DNA of 64,000 nt from Terriglobia bacterium (GCA_963695545.1 OY968796.1:3520001-3584000), one strand, 5' to 3'; shown: positions 51,869 through 62,314, counted from the first letter of the stretch. Numbers and translations: made by a program. Notes: a model not told the origin generated them from the letters alone.

Positions 51869-53368
51869 TCATGTATCCATCTGGGCGCGCTGCAGGCGAT
51901 CGGAATAATCCACGTAGATGGTTTTCCACTCGGTGTAAAAATCAAGCGCCGCGGCGCCGGCTTCGCGGTGGCCGTTGCCGGTAAGCTTGGTGCCGCCGAA
52001 AGGCAAATGCGTTTCCGCGCCGATGGTGGGCGCGTTCACGTAAACGATTCCGGTATGCAGATCGCGCGTGGCGCGCAGCGCTTGGTTAACATCGCGCGTA
52101 TAGATCGAAGCGGAAAGGCCGTAAATGACTCCGTTCGCAATTTCAAGCGCTTCATCGAGCGTGTCAAACGGAATCAGCGCCACCACGGGGCCGAAGATCT
52201 CTTCTTGGGCGATGCGCATCGCGGGCGTGCAGTCGGCGAAAATTGTCGGCTCGTGGAACCAACCCTTCGCGAAGGCGCCTTTATCCAAGCGATTGCCGCC
52301 GGCCACAAGTTTCGCGCCTTCGAGGCGGCCAACCTCGACGTAGTCCATCACTTTCTGCAGCTGCGCTTCATTGATCAAGGGGCCGAGTTCGGTTGCCGGG
52401 TCGAGACCATTGCCGACGCGCAGCGCTTTCGCGCGATCAACTAAGCGATCGCGAAATTCGCGATACACATTTTTCTGCACCAGGATGCGACTGGTGGCTG
52501 TGCAGCGCTGACCTGTCGTGCCGAACGCGCCCCACACGGCGCCGTCGATCGCGAGATCGAGATTCGCGTCAGACATCACGATCATGGCGTTCTTTCCGCC
52601 CATTTCGAGATGGCACGGCTTAAAATCCGGCGCGCACGCCTGGCTGACCAGGCGGCCGGTTTCGGTTGAGCCCGTGAAGCTGACGGCGGCGACGGCGGTG
52701 TTGGCTACGAGCGGGGCTCCCGCATCCGGTCCCATGCCGTGCACCATATTCACGACGCCAGGAGGAATGCCGGCCTCGGTGAGTATCTCGACGAGATGAG
52801 AGCTCGAGAGCGGCGTGTCTTCAGCGGGCTTCAATACGATGGTGTTTCCGGCGACGAGAGCGGGCATGGACTTCCATGCGGGAATGGCCATGGGGAAATT
52901 CCACGGCGTGATCAGCGCGCACACTCCGAGAGGTTGTCGCACGGACATGGCCATCTTGTTCGGCAGTTCGGATGGCGTGGTCTGGCCGAACAGTCGACGG
53001 CCTTCGCCGGCCATGTAATACGTCATGTCGATAGCTTCCTGAACGTCGCCGCGCGTTTCGGCGAGAACCTTGCCCATTTCGCGCGTCATGGCGCGCGCGA
53101 GTTCCTCTTTGCGGCGCACGAGGATTTCGGCGGCGCGGAAGAGAATCTCGGCGCGTTTGGGCGCGGGAGTGAGGCGCCAGGATTTGTACGCGGCGCGCGC
53201 GGATTCAACAGCGGCGCGAGCGTCGTGTGCGTCAGAGGCGGGAAAGATGCCGAGCAGATCCGAAGCGTCAGCGGGATTGCGATTTTCAAACGTGCGCGCG
53301 GAATGCGCATCGAGCCACTCGCCGTTGACGAAGTTTTTGAAAGTTTTGGTAACCACCGAGCTCGCCAT
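51869..53368 (-). CDS. Aldehyde dehydrogenase
   Basis: TPWNFP, FTGS, LEMGGKN, GQRCT, EEIFGP. Confidence 0.97.
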   Translation of the reverse strand: MASSVVTKTFKNFVNGEWLDAHSARTFENRNPADASDLLGIFPASDAHDARAAVESARAAYKSWRLTPAPKRAEILFRAAEILVRRKEELARAMTREMGKVLAETRGDVQEAIDMTYYMAGEGRRLFGQTTPSELPNKMAMSVRQPLGVCALITPWNFPMAIPAWKSMPALVAGNTIVLKPAEDTPLSSSHLVEILTEAGIPPGVVNMVHGMGPDAGAPLVANTAVAAVSFTGSTETGRLVSQACAPDFKPCHLEMGGKNAMIVMSDANLDLAIDGAVWGAFGTTGQRCTATSRILVQKNVYREFRDRLVDRAKALRVGNGLDPATELGPLINEAQLQKVMDYVEVGRLEGAKLVAGGNRLDKGAFAKGWFHEPTIFADCTPAMRIAQEEIFGPVVALIPFDTLDEALEIANGVIYGLSASIYTRDVNQALRATRDLHTGIVYVNAPTIGAETHLPFGGTKLTGNGHREAGAAALDFYTEWKTIYVDYSDRLQRAQMDT

Positions 53369-53369
53369 G

Positions 53370-53828
53370 CTATTGACTGGTGGCGGGATCGCCCTGGAGA
53401 GAGGCCGAAGGAGTTGTGGGCGGCGGCGTCTCCGGAGTCGTTGGCGCGCCTTTGCCCGCGACGTCGGAGCCGAGGCCGAGATGCTGGAGCGTGAGCGCGT
53501 CGATCTTGCCGGTGGGAGCGAGGCCCTGCGCGGTCTGGAAGCGCTTCATGGCGTCAATGGTGGCGGCGTCCCACTTCCCTGTTGGATCACCGGTGTAGGC
53601 GTTCTCGCGGGCGAGGGCCGCCTGGATTTCGGAGATGCGGTCGGCAGCCGGAGCCATTTGGCCGCGCGGTTGGCGCGAATGATGGCGCGAATGGCCGGTA
53701 TGCGTGCTGTGAGAAACCGCGCCGGCACGCTTCTGCGCGGACTGCGGCGCCGACGTCTGGGCCGCGGCGGGAATGGCGGCGGCCAGAAGCAGAGCCAACA
53801 GCATCGCGAATAAATTGTGGCGTCTCAT
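53370..53828 (-). CDS. Secreted protein with a peptidoglycan-binding domain (PGBD)
   Basis: IQAALA..Y.G...GKWD..T..AMKRFQ..QGL..TG. Confidence 0.85.
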   Translation of the reverse strand: MRRHNLFAMLLALLLAAAIPAAAQTSAPQSAQKRAGAVSHSTHTGHSRHHSRQPRGQMAPAADRISEIQAALARENAYTGDPTGKWDAATIDAMKRFQTAQGLAPTGKIDALTLQHLGLGSDVAGKGAPTTPETPPPTTPSASLQGDPATSQ

Positions 53829-53846
53829 CGCATCCATCTCGGAAAA

Positions 53847-53878
53847 CCCCCACACTTAAACCCCGACGTGTGGGGCAC
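53847..53878. repeat. REP-like hairpin
   Basis: CCCCACAC...GTGTGGGGCAC; resembles the GTGGCCCA end of the 14644/17653 element. Confidence 0.5.
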
Positions 53879-53930
53879 ACGCTGCCGACTTACCAGCAGC
53901 TCGCAGACATCTCACCACACATCTCCACCT

Positions 53931-55538
53931 CTACTGGCCGGGCGCGGGGACGGAGCCCGCAAGTAACACGGTCAAGAGATCGCCGTTATCGCCGTGGCGG
54001 ATTACTTTGAACAGGATGTCCTGGCCGGGCTTGAGCGATTCGGTCGCGCTCTCGTAGTCGGCGATCGAATTAATGGGCTTGTGATTGATTTCGGCGATTA
54101 TGTCGCCGCGTTCAAATTCCAGATCCTCGCCGAACGTAGCGGGATCGACCCCTGTGACCAGCACGCCGTGCTGGCCCGAATATTCAAGGCGCTTGGCGCG
54201 ATCCGGCGTGAGCTCTTCCAAGTGCAGGCCGAACAGCGTGGGCGTCTCCTCCGGCGCGGCGCTCGGGCTGGTGCCGGAATCGGCGTCGCTTGCGGAATCG
54301 TCGTCAGGCACGATCTTGGTGCGATCGGCGACGACCACGGATGTATCGTGCGAAGATTTATCGCGAACGTAATCGATGCTCACCTTATTGCCAACCGGCG
54401 TGGCCGCGATCGGATTCACGAGATCGTTGCCGGAACGCACCGGCTGACCATTGACGGCGGTGATCACGTCGCCGGCCTTGAGGCCGGCTTTATCCGCGGG
54501 GCTGCCGGGCGTGACGGATTGAAGCACGATTCCGTAGGGCGCGCCGAGATCGCGAAGCACGATGGGATTGTTGCTTTGGCCGTCCGTGAACATCACGCCG
54601 ATCGAGCCGCGCGTTACGTGACCAGTCGCAACGATCTGATTGTAGACGCCGATGGCCGTGCTCGACGGCATGGCGAAGCCGACGCCTTCGTAGCCGTGGC
54701 TGCCGGTGATGATCGCGGTGTTGATGCCCACGACCTGGCCCGCGAGACTCACGAGCGGTCCGCCGGAATTGCCGGGGTTGATCGCAGCGTCGGTCTGGAT
54801 AAAGCGCTGGAATTGGCCGCCGATGTTGGAGCGGTCTTTCGCGCTGATGATGCCGGCGGTGACGGTGGCCTGCAGGCCGAAGGGGCTGCCGATAGCCAGA
54901 ACCCAATCGCCCACTTGCACGCCATCGGAATTTCCGAGTTGCGCGGTGGGCAGATCCCTGCCGGCGTCAATTTTGATTACCGCGAGGTCGGTGTCCTTGT
55001 CGATGCCGACGACCTTCGCGGTGTAAAGGGTTTGATCGTCGTCCAACTGGACTTGGATCTTGGTGGCCTGATCGATCACGTGATTGTTGGTGAGGATGTA
55101 GCCCTTCTTATCGACAATCACGCCGGAGCCCAGGCTGCGTTCGGCTTGCTCGCCCGGGTCGGGCGAATCGAAGAAGCGATTGAAGAAATTCTGGAAGGGA
55201 TCGCCGCCTTGTCCCTGGCCGCCGTCGTCATCATCGTCGCCATCGCCGCCGCCGTGGCCGTGCGACTTACCTCGCTCGAGCACTTGTGTAGTCGAGATAT
55301 TTACGACAGCCGGTTCGACCTTGTTTACGATCCCGGCGAAGGTGGTGGACAACTGCACCGGATCGGGCATCGCGAGCGGCGAGGTGCCGAGCGAGAAGAT
55401 ACTGTGCGTGGCGCTGACGCGGCCGGAGATCACGGTGCCGATAAGAATGCCGATGCCCAGCGTCAGGGCGACGGCGACCGAAGCCAGCAACTTGCGGCTT
55501 CGAGTCCAACCAGCAATCTCACGCCAGGCCATGCGCAT
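53931..55538 (-). CDS. htrA: HtrA/DegP serine protease with two PDZ domains
   Basis: TNNHV, DLAV, AINPGNSGG; N-terminal TM; TGGTATAAT on minus strand at 55607-55615. Confidence 0.95.
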   Translation of the reverse strand: MRMAWREIAGWTRSRKLLASVAVALTLGIGILIGTVISGRVSATHSIFSLGTSPLAMPDPVQLSTTFAGIVNKVEPAVVNISTTQVLERGKSHGHGGGDGDDDDDGGQGQGGDPFQNFFNRFFDSPDPGEQAERSLGSGVIVDKKGYILTNNHVIDQATKIQVQLDDDQTLYTAKVVGIDKDTDLAVIKIDAGRDLPTAQLGNSDGVQVGDWVLAIGSPFGLQATVTAGIISAKDRSNIGGQFQRFIQTDAAINPGNSGGPLVSLAGQVVGINTAIITGSHGYEGVGFAMPSSTAIGVYNQIVATGHVTRGSIGVMFTDGQSNNPIVLRDLGAPYGIVLQSVTPGSPADKAGLKAGDVITAVNGQPVRSGNDLVNPIAATPVGNKVSIDYVRDKSSHDTSVVVADRTKIVPDDDSASDADSGTSPSAAPEETPTLFGLHLEELTPDRAKRLEYSGQHGVLVTGVDPATFGEDLEFERGDIIAEINHKPINSIADYESATESLKPGQDILFKVIRHGDNGDLLTVLLAGSVPAPGQ

Positions 55539-55749
55539 TCGGGGCTCCCAAGCGCGTCCGGTCAAATCGTCTTGCGAACGAGTTCCGCGCCAATAAAGGT
55601 CTTTTGATTATACCATCTACGCGGCGCCCACCGGCTGAACGTCGCTTGGAGATTCCAGAGAGCCAACGGGACCGATCTGGCTGCGGCGGACCAACTCGCG
55701 ACGGCCTCGCGGCCCGCAAGAATTGAAAAAACTGATGCGTCGGGGCGCA

Positions 55750-55880
55750 TACCCCCTCCCCCCCGGGTATTTTTCAGAAGTATTGATTCTGAACGACTTT
55801 AAGTCCTTTGCGCCAGAACTGGTGATTCTAATGGAGTTAAAATGGCGTTTTTCAGAAGTGTTGATTCTGGAGGGTTTAGA
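55750..55880 (-). repeat. Three 39-bp-period repeats followed (minus strand) by a G-run
   Basis: CAGAAGTATTGATTCT at 55775, CAGAACTGGTGATTCT at 55814, CAGAAGTGTTGATTCT at 55853. Confidence 0.8.
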
Positions 55881-55918
55881 GGCGCAAATCGGGCAGATGT
55901 GTTTGGCGTTCATGCAAA

Positions 55919-55948
55919 ATCATAGCACAGAGAGTACCTACGTGTCAA
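55919..55948 (-). promoter_or_regulatory. Near-consensus sigma70 promoter facing the repeat array
   Basis: TTGACA-N18-TATGAT with TGn extension. Confidence 0.65.
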
Positions 55949-56177
55949 GCTGGCGATAGAGGAAATGTATTCGAACACTGCCGGGAGAGGCTGCCTTTCG
56001 CCGGAGCGCGAGTTCACGCCGGACGACGCTTACCGGGATGGAGATTGTCGCGCTAATACGGGTCTTGCGCCGGACGCTTTAGGGACGCCTCGGAGGCGAC
56101 CTTGTTCGCCGCGTGCCGCGAATGCTAAACTGCCTGGAGCGAGTGAAAGTGGCCAACCGTACACCGAGGTAAATTCA

Positions 56178-56690
56178 TTGTCCGATTCCAAGCAAGACGA
56201 AAGTTTCAAGGTAGTGGACCGCAGGCTGTTTACGCCGGAAGGCGAGTTGCGGCCGGAAGCGGCGGACGAGAAAAAACAGCGCGAAGCGCAGCCTGCGGCG
56301 CAACCGCCGCGCGCGGCCGCGCAGCCGCAGAACGCTGGAGCCGCGGCGCAGGCGGCCGCGGAAGCGCCGACACAAGTTCTGACGAGCGACGCGGCGCAGC
56401 CGAAACCTTCGCGCGGATTTGAATCGCTGGTGAATTTTATCGCGCAGAACACAGCGATGGTGCTGGGCGCGTACCCGGACCCGCGCACGGGGCAGCCCAT
56501 ACTCGATCTCGAGGGCGCGCGCGAATTGATCGACATGCTGGACGCTCTGCGGGAAACTACGCGCGGAAATCTTGCGCCGGAAGACGATCGACTGCTGCTC
56601 GACGTGCTCGGCAGCTTGAAATTGTCGTTCATGGAAATGACTAAGGCCGCGGCGAAGGCCGCGAAGGAAAAAGCACAGCCTCGCACTTGA
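56178..56690 (+). CDS. DUF1844-like protein
   Basis: GAGGT RBS before TTG; FKVVDRR, ARELIDMLDAL...RGNL..ED. Confidence 0.8.
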   Translation: MSDSKQDESFKVVDRRLFTPEGELRPEAADEKKQREAQPAAQPPRAAAQPQNAGAAAQAAAEAPTQVLTSDAAQPKPSRGFESLVNFIAQNTAMVLGAYPDPRTGQPILDLEGARELIDMLDALRETTRGNLAPEDDRLLLDVLGSLKLSFMEMTKAAAKAAKEKAQPRT

Positions 56691-56713
56691 GCGACGCTGG
56701 TTCTTTTGACGCA

Positions 56714-57517
56714 ATGCCGGCGGATCGACTCGAACTCACTGTACTCGGCTCCGGGACATCCATGGGAGTACCGACGCTCGGGTGCCATTGCGCGGTGTGC
56801 GGCTCGACAGATCCGCACGATAAACGCACGCGGCCTTCGATTCTGATTTCGCGCGAAGAAGGCGGCGCGAGACACAACGTGGTGATCGACACCACGCCGG
56901 ACTTTCGATTTCAAGCGTTGCGCGCGGGAATCGATCGGCTGGACGCGGTGGTTTTCACGCACGCACATGCCGACCACATTCTGGGATTCGACGACATTCG
57001 CCCGTACAACATGCGGCAAAAAATGGCCATGCCAGTTTATGCGTCCGACGCGACAATCGGTACGCTGCGGCGCACGTTTGCGTACGTGTTCGAGCCGGCG
57101 CCGGCGGGAACGCTGATTCCGCAAGTGACACTTCATCCGATTCACGGGCCGTTTGAATTGCTGGGCGCGACGTTCACGCCGATTCCGGCCGAGCATGGAG
57201 CAATGCAGGTGTTCGGATTTCGCGTGGGCGGGATGGCGTATCTGACGGATTTCGGGCGCTTGCCGGATTCATCGAAGGCGCTGCTCGCGGGCCTGGACGA
57301 TTTCATTCTCGACGCGCTTCGCGATGAACCGCAGCCGATGCATCAGACGGTGGAGCAGGCTGTGGCGCTGGTGCGAGAGCTCGAGCCGCGGCGCGCGTGG
57401 TTCACGCACATCGCGCACGATTTGCCGCACGCGGCGACGAACGCGCGCCTTGCAGCGATGGGAATGCCCAACGTGCAATTGAGCTACGACGGATTGCGGA
57501 TCGAGGTGCGCGTCTGA
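56714..57517 (+). CDS. MBL-fold metallohydrolase (PhnP-like)
   Basis: LGSGTSMGVP..GC.C.VC, THAHADH, YLTD, FTHIAH; alternative start 56687. Confidence 0.92.
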   Translation: MPADRLELTVLGSGTSMGVPTLGCHCAVCGSTDPHDKRTRPSILISREEGGARHNVVIDTTPDFRFQALRAGIDRLDAVVFTHAHADHILGFDDIRPYNMRQKMAMPVYASDATIGTLRRTFAYVFEPAPAGTLIPQVTLHPIHGPFELLGATFTPIPAEHGAMQVFGFRVGGMAYLTDFGRLPDSSKALLAGLDDFILDALRDEPQPMHQTVEQAVALVRELEPRRAWFTHIAHDLPHAATNARLAAMGMPNVQLSYDGLRIEVRV

Positions 57518-58485
57518 TGGCGCTCACGGTGATGCACACGCCGGGGGAATGGTACGCGCGGTACACGGCGGCGGGAAAATTCTCCGCGCTTTCGATCGGG
57601 TGCTTCGATGGGCTGCACTTGGGGCATCAGGAGGTGCTGCGGCGCGTGGTGTCTTGCGCGCGAGGAGCCGGGACTACCATTCCCGGCGTGGTGACGTTCG
57701 AGCCGCATCCGTTGCGGATTCTGCGGCCGGCGGAAGCGCCGCCGATGATCGCGACGCTCGCGCAGCGCCTGGAGGGATTTGAACGCGCGGGAATTGAAGC
57801 GGTGCTGGTGCTGGATTTTACGCGCGCGGTGTCTGAAGTGTCGGCGCCGGAGTTTCTGGAGTCGATTCTGGTGGAGCGGCTGGGCATGGGCGCGATCTGC
57901 GTGGGGCCGAATTTCCGCTTCGGGCACAAGCAAACGGGGAATACGGATTTGCTTTCGGAGTTGGGGCCGGTCTACGGATACGACGTGGAGATCGTGCCGC
58001 CGACGCTGCTGCGCGGCGAACTGGTATCAAGCACAGCGGTGCGCACGGCCGTCGCCGCGGGGCAAGTGAGATTCGCGGCGGAATTATTGGGGCGGCCATT
58101 TGCGTTGACCGGCTCGATTCGCGCGGGCGAAGGACGAGGCGGCGCAATTCTGGTGCCGACGCTCAATATGGCGCCCGATCAAGAATTGCTACCGAAGACG
58201 GGCGTGTATTGCACGGAGACGCGGGTGGGAGAGAAGGTGTATCGCTCGGCAACGAACGTGGGTTTCCGCCCGACGTTCGATGGGCAGGCGCTTTCGGTCG
58301 AGAGCCATTTGTTCGATTTTTCGGAGATGATGGCGAGCGGCGCGATTGAAGTGCGGTTTTGGGAGCGGCTTCGGGATGAGCAGAAATTCGCGAGTGTGGA
58401 TGAGTTGCGGCGGCAGATTGAGTTGGACCTCGACGCGGCGAAGGAATTTTTCCGGAAGCGGGATGCGGAGGAGGTGCGCCCGTGA
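57517..58485 (+). CDS. ribF: Bifunctional riboflavin kinase/FAD synthetase
   Basis: FDGLHLGH, TFEPHP, FRFG, VSSTAVR, PTLN, NVGFRPT, ESH. Confidence 0.96.
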   Translation: MALTVMHTPGEWYARYTAAGKFSALSIGCFDGLHLGHQEVLRRVVSCARGAGTTIPGVVTFEPHPLRILRPAEAPPMIATLAQRLEGFERAGIEAVLVLDFTRAVSEVSAPEFLESILVERLGMGAICVGPNFRFGHKQTGNTDLLSELGPVYGYDVEIVPPTLLRGELVSSTAVRTAVAAGQVRFAAELLGRPFALTGSIRAGEGRGGAILVPTLNMAPDQELLPKTGVYCTETRVGEKVYRSATNVGFRPTFDGQALSVESHLFDFSEMMASGAIEVRFWERLRDEQKFASVDELRRQIELDLDAAKEFFRKRDAEEVRP

Positions 58486-58608
58486 CGCCGGTTAGCCGCG
58501 TCCTGGAGTGCGAGCGCATCGCTTTCCGCATTCTGTGTCGGTCAGATCTTGCCGTGCAGGTCACCTCCTGGTACCGTCTCTATTGCACCGCCCTCGGGGT
58601 CTAACGGC

Positions 58609-59196
58609 ATGGATCCTCAAGCTTCTGCCGGGATGTCTCGCACGAGCGGCCCGTCGTTCGTCGATGGCGTCGATTATCGTTACTTCGGCGTAAGCGGGTG
58701 GCTCCTGTGTTTCATCTTCACGCTCGTGTTCATCGGGCCTGCGGTGCGTGTGTACAGCCTCTTCGAAAATTATGGTCATAGCATGCAGGTCTTTGCGGAG
58801 TCGCGTCATTCGTCCGCCCTTCACGTTTACTACTTCGTGGAGCAGTTCATCAGTTTTGCGGTCCGCGGCTATGGATTGTTCGCCGGAATTGAACTGTGGA
58901 AGGTCCGTCCCGGGGCAGTCCAGAAGGCTAAACTTTTTCTATTGAGTTTATTCGCGTTAGCTTTCTTGGAATATGCATCCGAGTTCGTCTGGGTATTCTT
59001 AACGGCGACGGTGGCGGCTCGTGACGCTGCACTCTCGAGAGTTGCTAACGGGCACGGCACCGAGTTTCTTTTCGAGGCTGGTATCTACGCCGGAGTTTGG
59101 TATGCCTATCTGTTGAAATCGAAACGGGTTCGCGCGACCTTTTCGTCGGAGAACCGTCTCGACATCACGTCCATTCCTCACGCGGGTATTGATTAG
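58609..59196 (+). CDS. DUF2569-like membrane protein
   Basis: GVSGWLL start of TM1; W..Y...SKRVRATF C-terminal motif. Confidence 0.65.
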   Translation: MDPQASAGMSRTSGPSFVDGVDYRYFGVSGWLLCFIFTLVFIGPAVRVYSLFENYGHSMQVFAESRHSSALHVYYFVEQFISFAVRGYGLFAGIELWKVRPGAVQKAKLFLLSLFALAFLEYASEFVWVFLTATVAARDAALSRVANGHGTEFLFEAGIYAGVWYAYLLKSKRVRATFSSENRLDITSIPHAGID

Positions 59197-59260
59197 CGGG
59201 GGTTTTGGAAGCTGCAGCCTTCCAGTCGTTTAGACGCACCGCCCTCCGGGGACTGGGTTA

Positions 59261-59377
59261 AGCTGCGGCAATTTTCGCAGACGCCACCGACTTCGGTGCG
59301 GGTCACCGTGATTTCCATACCGCAATCGTGGGCGATTTGACGTTTCAATTGCTCGAAGAGGTTGGACTCGAATTCGC
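59261..59377 (-). repeat. Orphan duplicate of the fur 3' end
   Basis: 110/117 identical to 60430-60546; the same 38 aa are encoded. Confidence 0.95.
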
Positions 59378-59510
59378 ACACCGTGCCGGAACGCGGGCGC
59401 GACGCAACGCTACGCCACGAGCGGCTGATCCGGAAATCGTAATCTTGCGCCTTCGCGAAAAGGAGATGATGACACCGGCACACGAGAAGTGCCGGTGTCG
59501 AGAGAAAAAT

Positions 59511-60299
59511 TTACTGCTTCTCCGCCGTAAATTGGCTCGTGGTTCCGTGCAGCACGTCGGTGTTCTCGATGGTCATGGTCTTACCGTCGGCACTCACGGT
59601 CATGCGGGAGACGTCAATCACCTTCCCATCGCGTTTATCGGTTTCTTCGATGGTGTTGTCGCCCATGCGCTTGACGGAAACGCTGGTGGTGCCGGGATCA
59701 CCCATATAGGGCGCATCCGTGCCATCGAGTTTCGCGGTGTAGGATTGCCCGGTGGGGGTGGTCATGGTCGCGCTATCCCCTTCGACCTTGTACGTGAATA
59801 GGAGTCCATTGTCCGAGACGCTCTGCATTTTCGTGGTTTGCCAGGAACCCGAAATTGCGCTCGATCCGGCCGGACCTTTTTCGACTCGCGTCGCTTCCCC
59901 CTTACCCGTGACTGGACTGGAATTGGTGTCACTACTGTCGGTGTATTCGCCGTCCAAAGTGTCGCCGTCGGGAGAGACCGTCACTTTCGCCGTGAGCACA
60001 ATCTTTCCATCTTTTTTCTCGGTTATGTCAGTTGTGTGGTCGTCCACAACCGTGATGCTGATGGTGTCCCAGTACGGATCGCCGGCGACCGCGTGGTCCT
60101 GGCCATCGGCTTTGACTTCATACGCGGGAACGCAAGTCTTGCAACTGTACATGCCGTCTTGCAGCAGATAAACGTCGGGTTTCGTCGGAAGTTGGGCGTT
60201 GTTGAGCTCGATCTTCCACGTGCCATCGAAGGCGCTCTGCGCCATGGCCGCCGCAGGCATCGAGAGTGAGAGCAGTAGAATCCACAGCAGCTTTTTCAT
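59511..60299 (-). CDS. Secreted two-domain beta-barrel (lipocalin-like) protein
   Basis: Signal peptide; FDGTWK and ISGSWQ internal repeat; hairpin at 59471-59499 downstream. Confidence 0.8.
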   Translation of the reverse strand: MKKLLWILLLSLSMPAAAMAQSAFDGTWKIELNNAQLPTKPDVYLLQDGMYSCKTCVPAYEVKADGQDHAVAGDPYWDTISITVVDDHTTDITEKKDGKIVLTAKVTVSPDGDTLDGEYTDSSDTNSSPVTGKGEATRVEKGPAGSSAISGSWQTTKMQSVSDNGLLFTYKVEGDSATMTTPTGQSYTAKLDGTDAPYMGDPGTTSVSVKRMGDNTIEETDKRDGKVIDVSRMTVSADGKTMTIENTDVLHGTTSQFTAEKQ

Positions 60300-60427
60300 C
60301 GGTTGCGCTCCTTTGAAGTCCGGCTGGGCCTGGGAAATTTGGGCCAATATACTCGCTTCCATTTCCATCCGCAATGCTGTGAGCGAAGGCGCGAGGGAAA
60401 ACGTGTCGGGCGGTGGGAGGGCCGGCG

Positions 60428-60910
60428 TTAGCTGCGGCAATTTTCGCAGACTCCGCCGACTTCGGTGCGAGTTACGGTGATTTCCATGCCGCAATCGTGG
60501 GCGATTTGACGTTTCAGTTGCTCGAAGAGGTTGGACTCGAATTCGCGGACTTTGCCGCAGCGCAGGCAGGCGACGTGGATGTGGTCGCGCGGGCCGTGCG
60601 CTTCGTAGTAGTGCTGATCGCCGCGGAGATGCAGGAGATCGAGTTCGTCGATCAAGCGATGGCGCTTCAGGAGATCGAGCGTGCGATAGACCGTGACGCG
60701 ATGGACGCGGGAATCGACGCGTTGGGCGCGCTCGAGGATTTCATCGGCGGCCAGATGGCGCTCGGCGCGGTCCATCACCTGAAGGAGGACGCGGCGCTGG
60801 CGCGTGAGGCGCACGCCCTTTTTCACCAGCGCTTTTTCCAGGCGACCGGGGCGCGAATCGACGTGAATGCGTTCTCCGGAACTGACGCGATGTGCGGCGC
60901 TCGAGTGCAT
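60428..60910 (-). CDS. fur: Fur-family transcriptional regulator
   Basis: RLTRQR, TVYRTL, HIHVACLRCG, CENC; subfamily (Fur/Zur/PerR) not resolved. Confidence 0.9.
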   Translation of the reverse strand: MHSSAAHRVSSGERIHVDSRPGRLEKALVKKGVRLTRQRRVLLQVMDRAERHLAADEILERAQRVDSRVHRVTVYRTLDLLKRHRLIDELDLLHLRGDQHYYEAHGPRDHIHVACLRCGKVREFESNLFEQLKRQIAHDCGMEITVTRTEVGGVCENCRS

Positions 60911-60938
60911 GGCGGGAATTTCGCTTACTGAGCTGCGA

Positions 60939-62258
60939 CTAATGATGCGGCAGCAGCCTCAGCACGTCATTGTACATAACAACGGCGAAGACACACAGCA
61001 TGAATACCACGCCGACGGTGACGAAGCGCTCCTTAGCGCGCAAGCTTAGGTCGTGGCGCAGCGTACCTTCGACGAGAAGCATCAGGATCATGCCGCCATC
61101 AAGCGGAGCGATGGGCAAAAGATTGAGCACCGCGAGATTCACGCTGATCAGGACCATCAGGTTCAGCAGGTCGCCGATGCCGCGCTGCGCGGCGCGGCCG
61201 GAATCGCGCGCGAGGCCGAGCGGCCCCTCAAGCTGCTTCACGGAAACTTTGCCGCGGAAAAGTCCCACGACGACGTTGACGAGCTCGCGGGCGAGCATGG
61301 CGTTGAATTCGATCGAGCGGCCAATCGCCTGGGCGAGGGAGTAACGCACCTCGACTGTGGCCGGGCGCATATCGAAGCCAAGATGCCAGCGCGCCACGCC
61401 GTCGCCGGGATCGCCCCAGGTGGGGCGCGCGGTGAGCGTGATGTTTTGGCCGGCGCGCTGCACGGCGAGTTGCACGGGTTGAGCGCCGGTCTGCTGAAGC
61501 AACGGAACGAGTTGGTGCGGGCTGGCCAAGGGCTGGCCGTTCAGCGCTTCGATTGTGTCGCCAGACTCGAGACCGGCGAGCGCCGCGGGTTCGTTCGGCA
61601 GAACAGTGCCGACTACGGTGGACTCGGCGGGATAGCCGACGGCGTCGGTCTCATCGGGCACGGCGCGAACGGTCACAGGCAGGTCACTGCCGTTGCGCTC
61701 GATCGTCGCGGGGATCGACGCGCCGGGCATCGAGAACATCAGGTGCATGTTCAGCGAATCCCAGGTGGGATTCTGCACGCCGTCGAACGCGACGATGCGA
61801 TCGCCGGCCTGGATGCCGGACTGCGCGGCAGTGGAATCTTTCAGCACGCCGGCGACGTTCACCGGCTGATCTTCGTAGGTTGGCTGCTCGGTGCCGCGCA
61901 GGGCAAGGCCGGTGACGATTACGAGGGCCATCAGAATGTTCATGGTCGGACCGGCGAGCGCGATGATGATGCGCTGCCAGCGAGGCTTCGAGAGCATTTC
62001 GTCGGGCGCGCCCGCGCGCTCTTCAAAGGAATTGTCGCCGGCCATGCGCACGTAGCCGCCGACGGGGAGCGCGCTCAAGCGATAATCGGTGGCGCCGCGC
62101 TTTATGCCCCACAGGCGCGGGCCGAAGCCGATCGAAAAAACTTCGACTCGCACGCCGAAAGCACGCGCGGCGAGAAAATGTCCCCACTCGTGGACCAGGA
62201 TCATCAGTCCAAGTCCGAATGCGATGCCTACGATGCCCAACAGGAAATCAATCGCCAT
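60939..62258 (-). CDS. rseP: RIP metalloprotease RseP
   Basis: HEWGH, FSIGFG, two PDZ domains, NLLPIAPLDGG. Confidence 0.96.
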   Translation of the reverse strand: MAIDFLLGIVGIAFGLGLMILVHEWGHFLAARAFGVRVEVFSIGFGPRLWGIKRGATDYRLSALPVGGYVRMAGDNSFEERAGAPDEMLSKPRWQRIIIALAGPTMNILMALVIVTGLALRGTEQPTYEDQPVNVAGVLKDSTAAQSGIQAGDRIVAFDGVQNPTWDSLNMHLMFSMPGASIPATIERNGSDLPVTVRAVPDETDAVGYPAESTVVGTVLPNEPAALAGLESGDTIEALNGQPLASPHQLVPLLQQTGAQPVQLAVQRAGQNITLTARPTWGDPGDGVARWHLGFDMRPATVEVRYSLAQAIGRSIEFNAMLARELVNVVVGLFRGKVSVKQLEGPLGLARDSGRAAQRGIGDLLNLMVLISVNLAVLNLLPIAPLDGGMILMLLVEGTLRHDLSLRAKERFVTVGVVFMLCVFAVVMYNDVLRLLPHH

Positions 62259-62314
62259 GTCGCCTCGTTAAATTGGTCTTCGCGCGTTTTAATATCGCGC
62301 GTTCATCTATTTCT

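Noticed and set aside
55775..55880. CRISPR array
   Set aside because: Three degenerate units, period 39 bp too short for repeat plus spacer, no cas genes
59193..59483. Second fur paralog ORF
   Set aside because: Only the last 38 codons match; no DNA-binding domain; treated as a duplicated fragment
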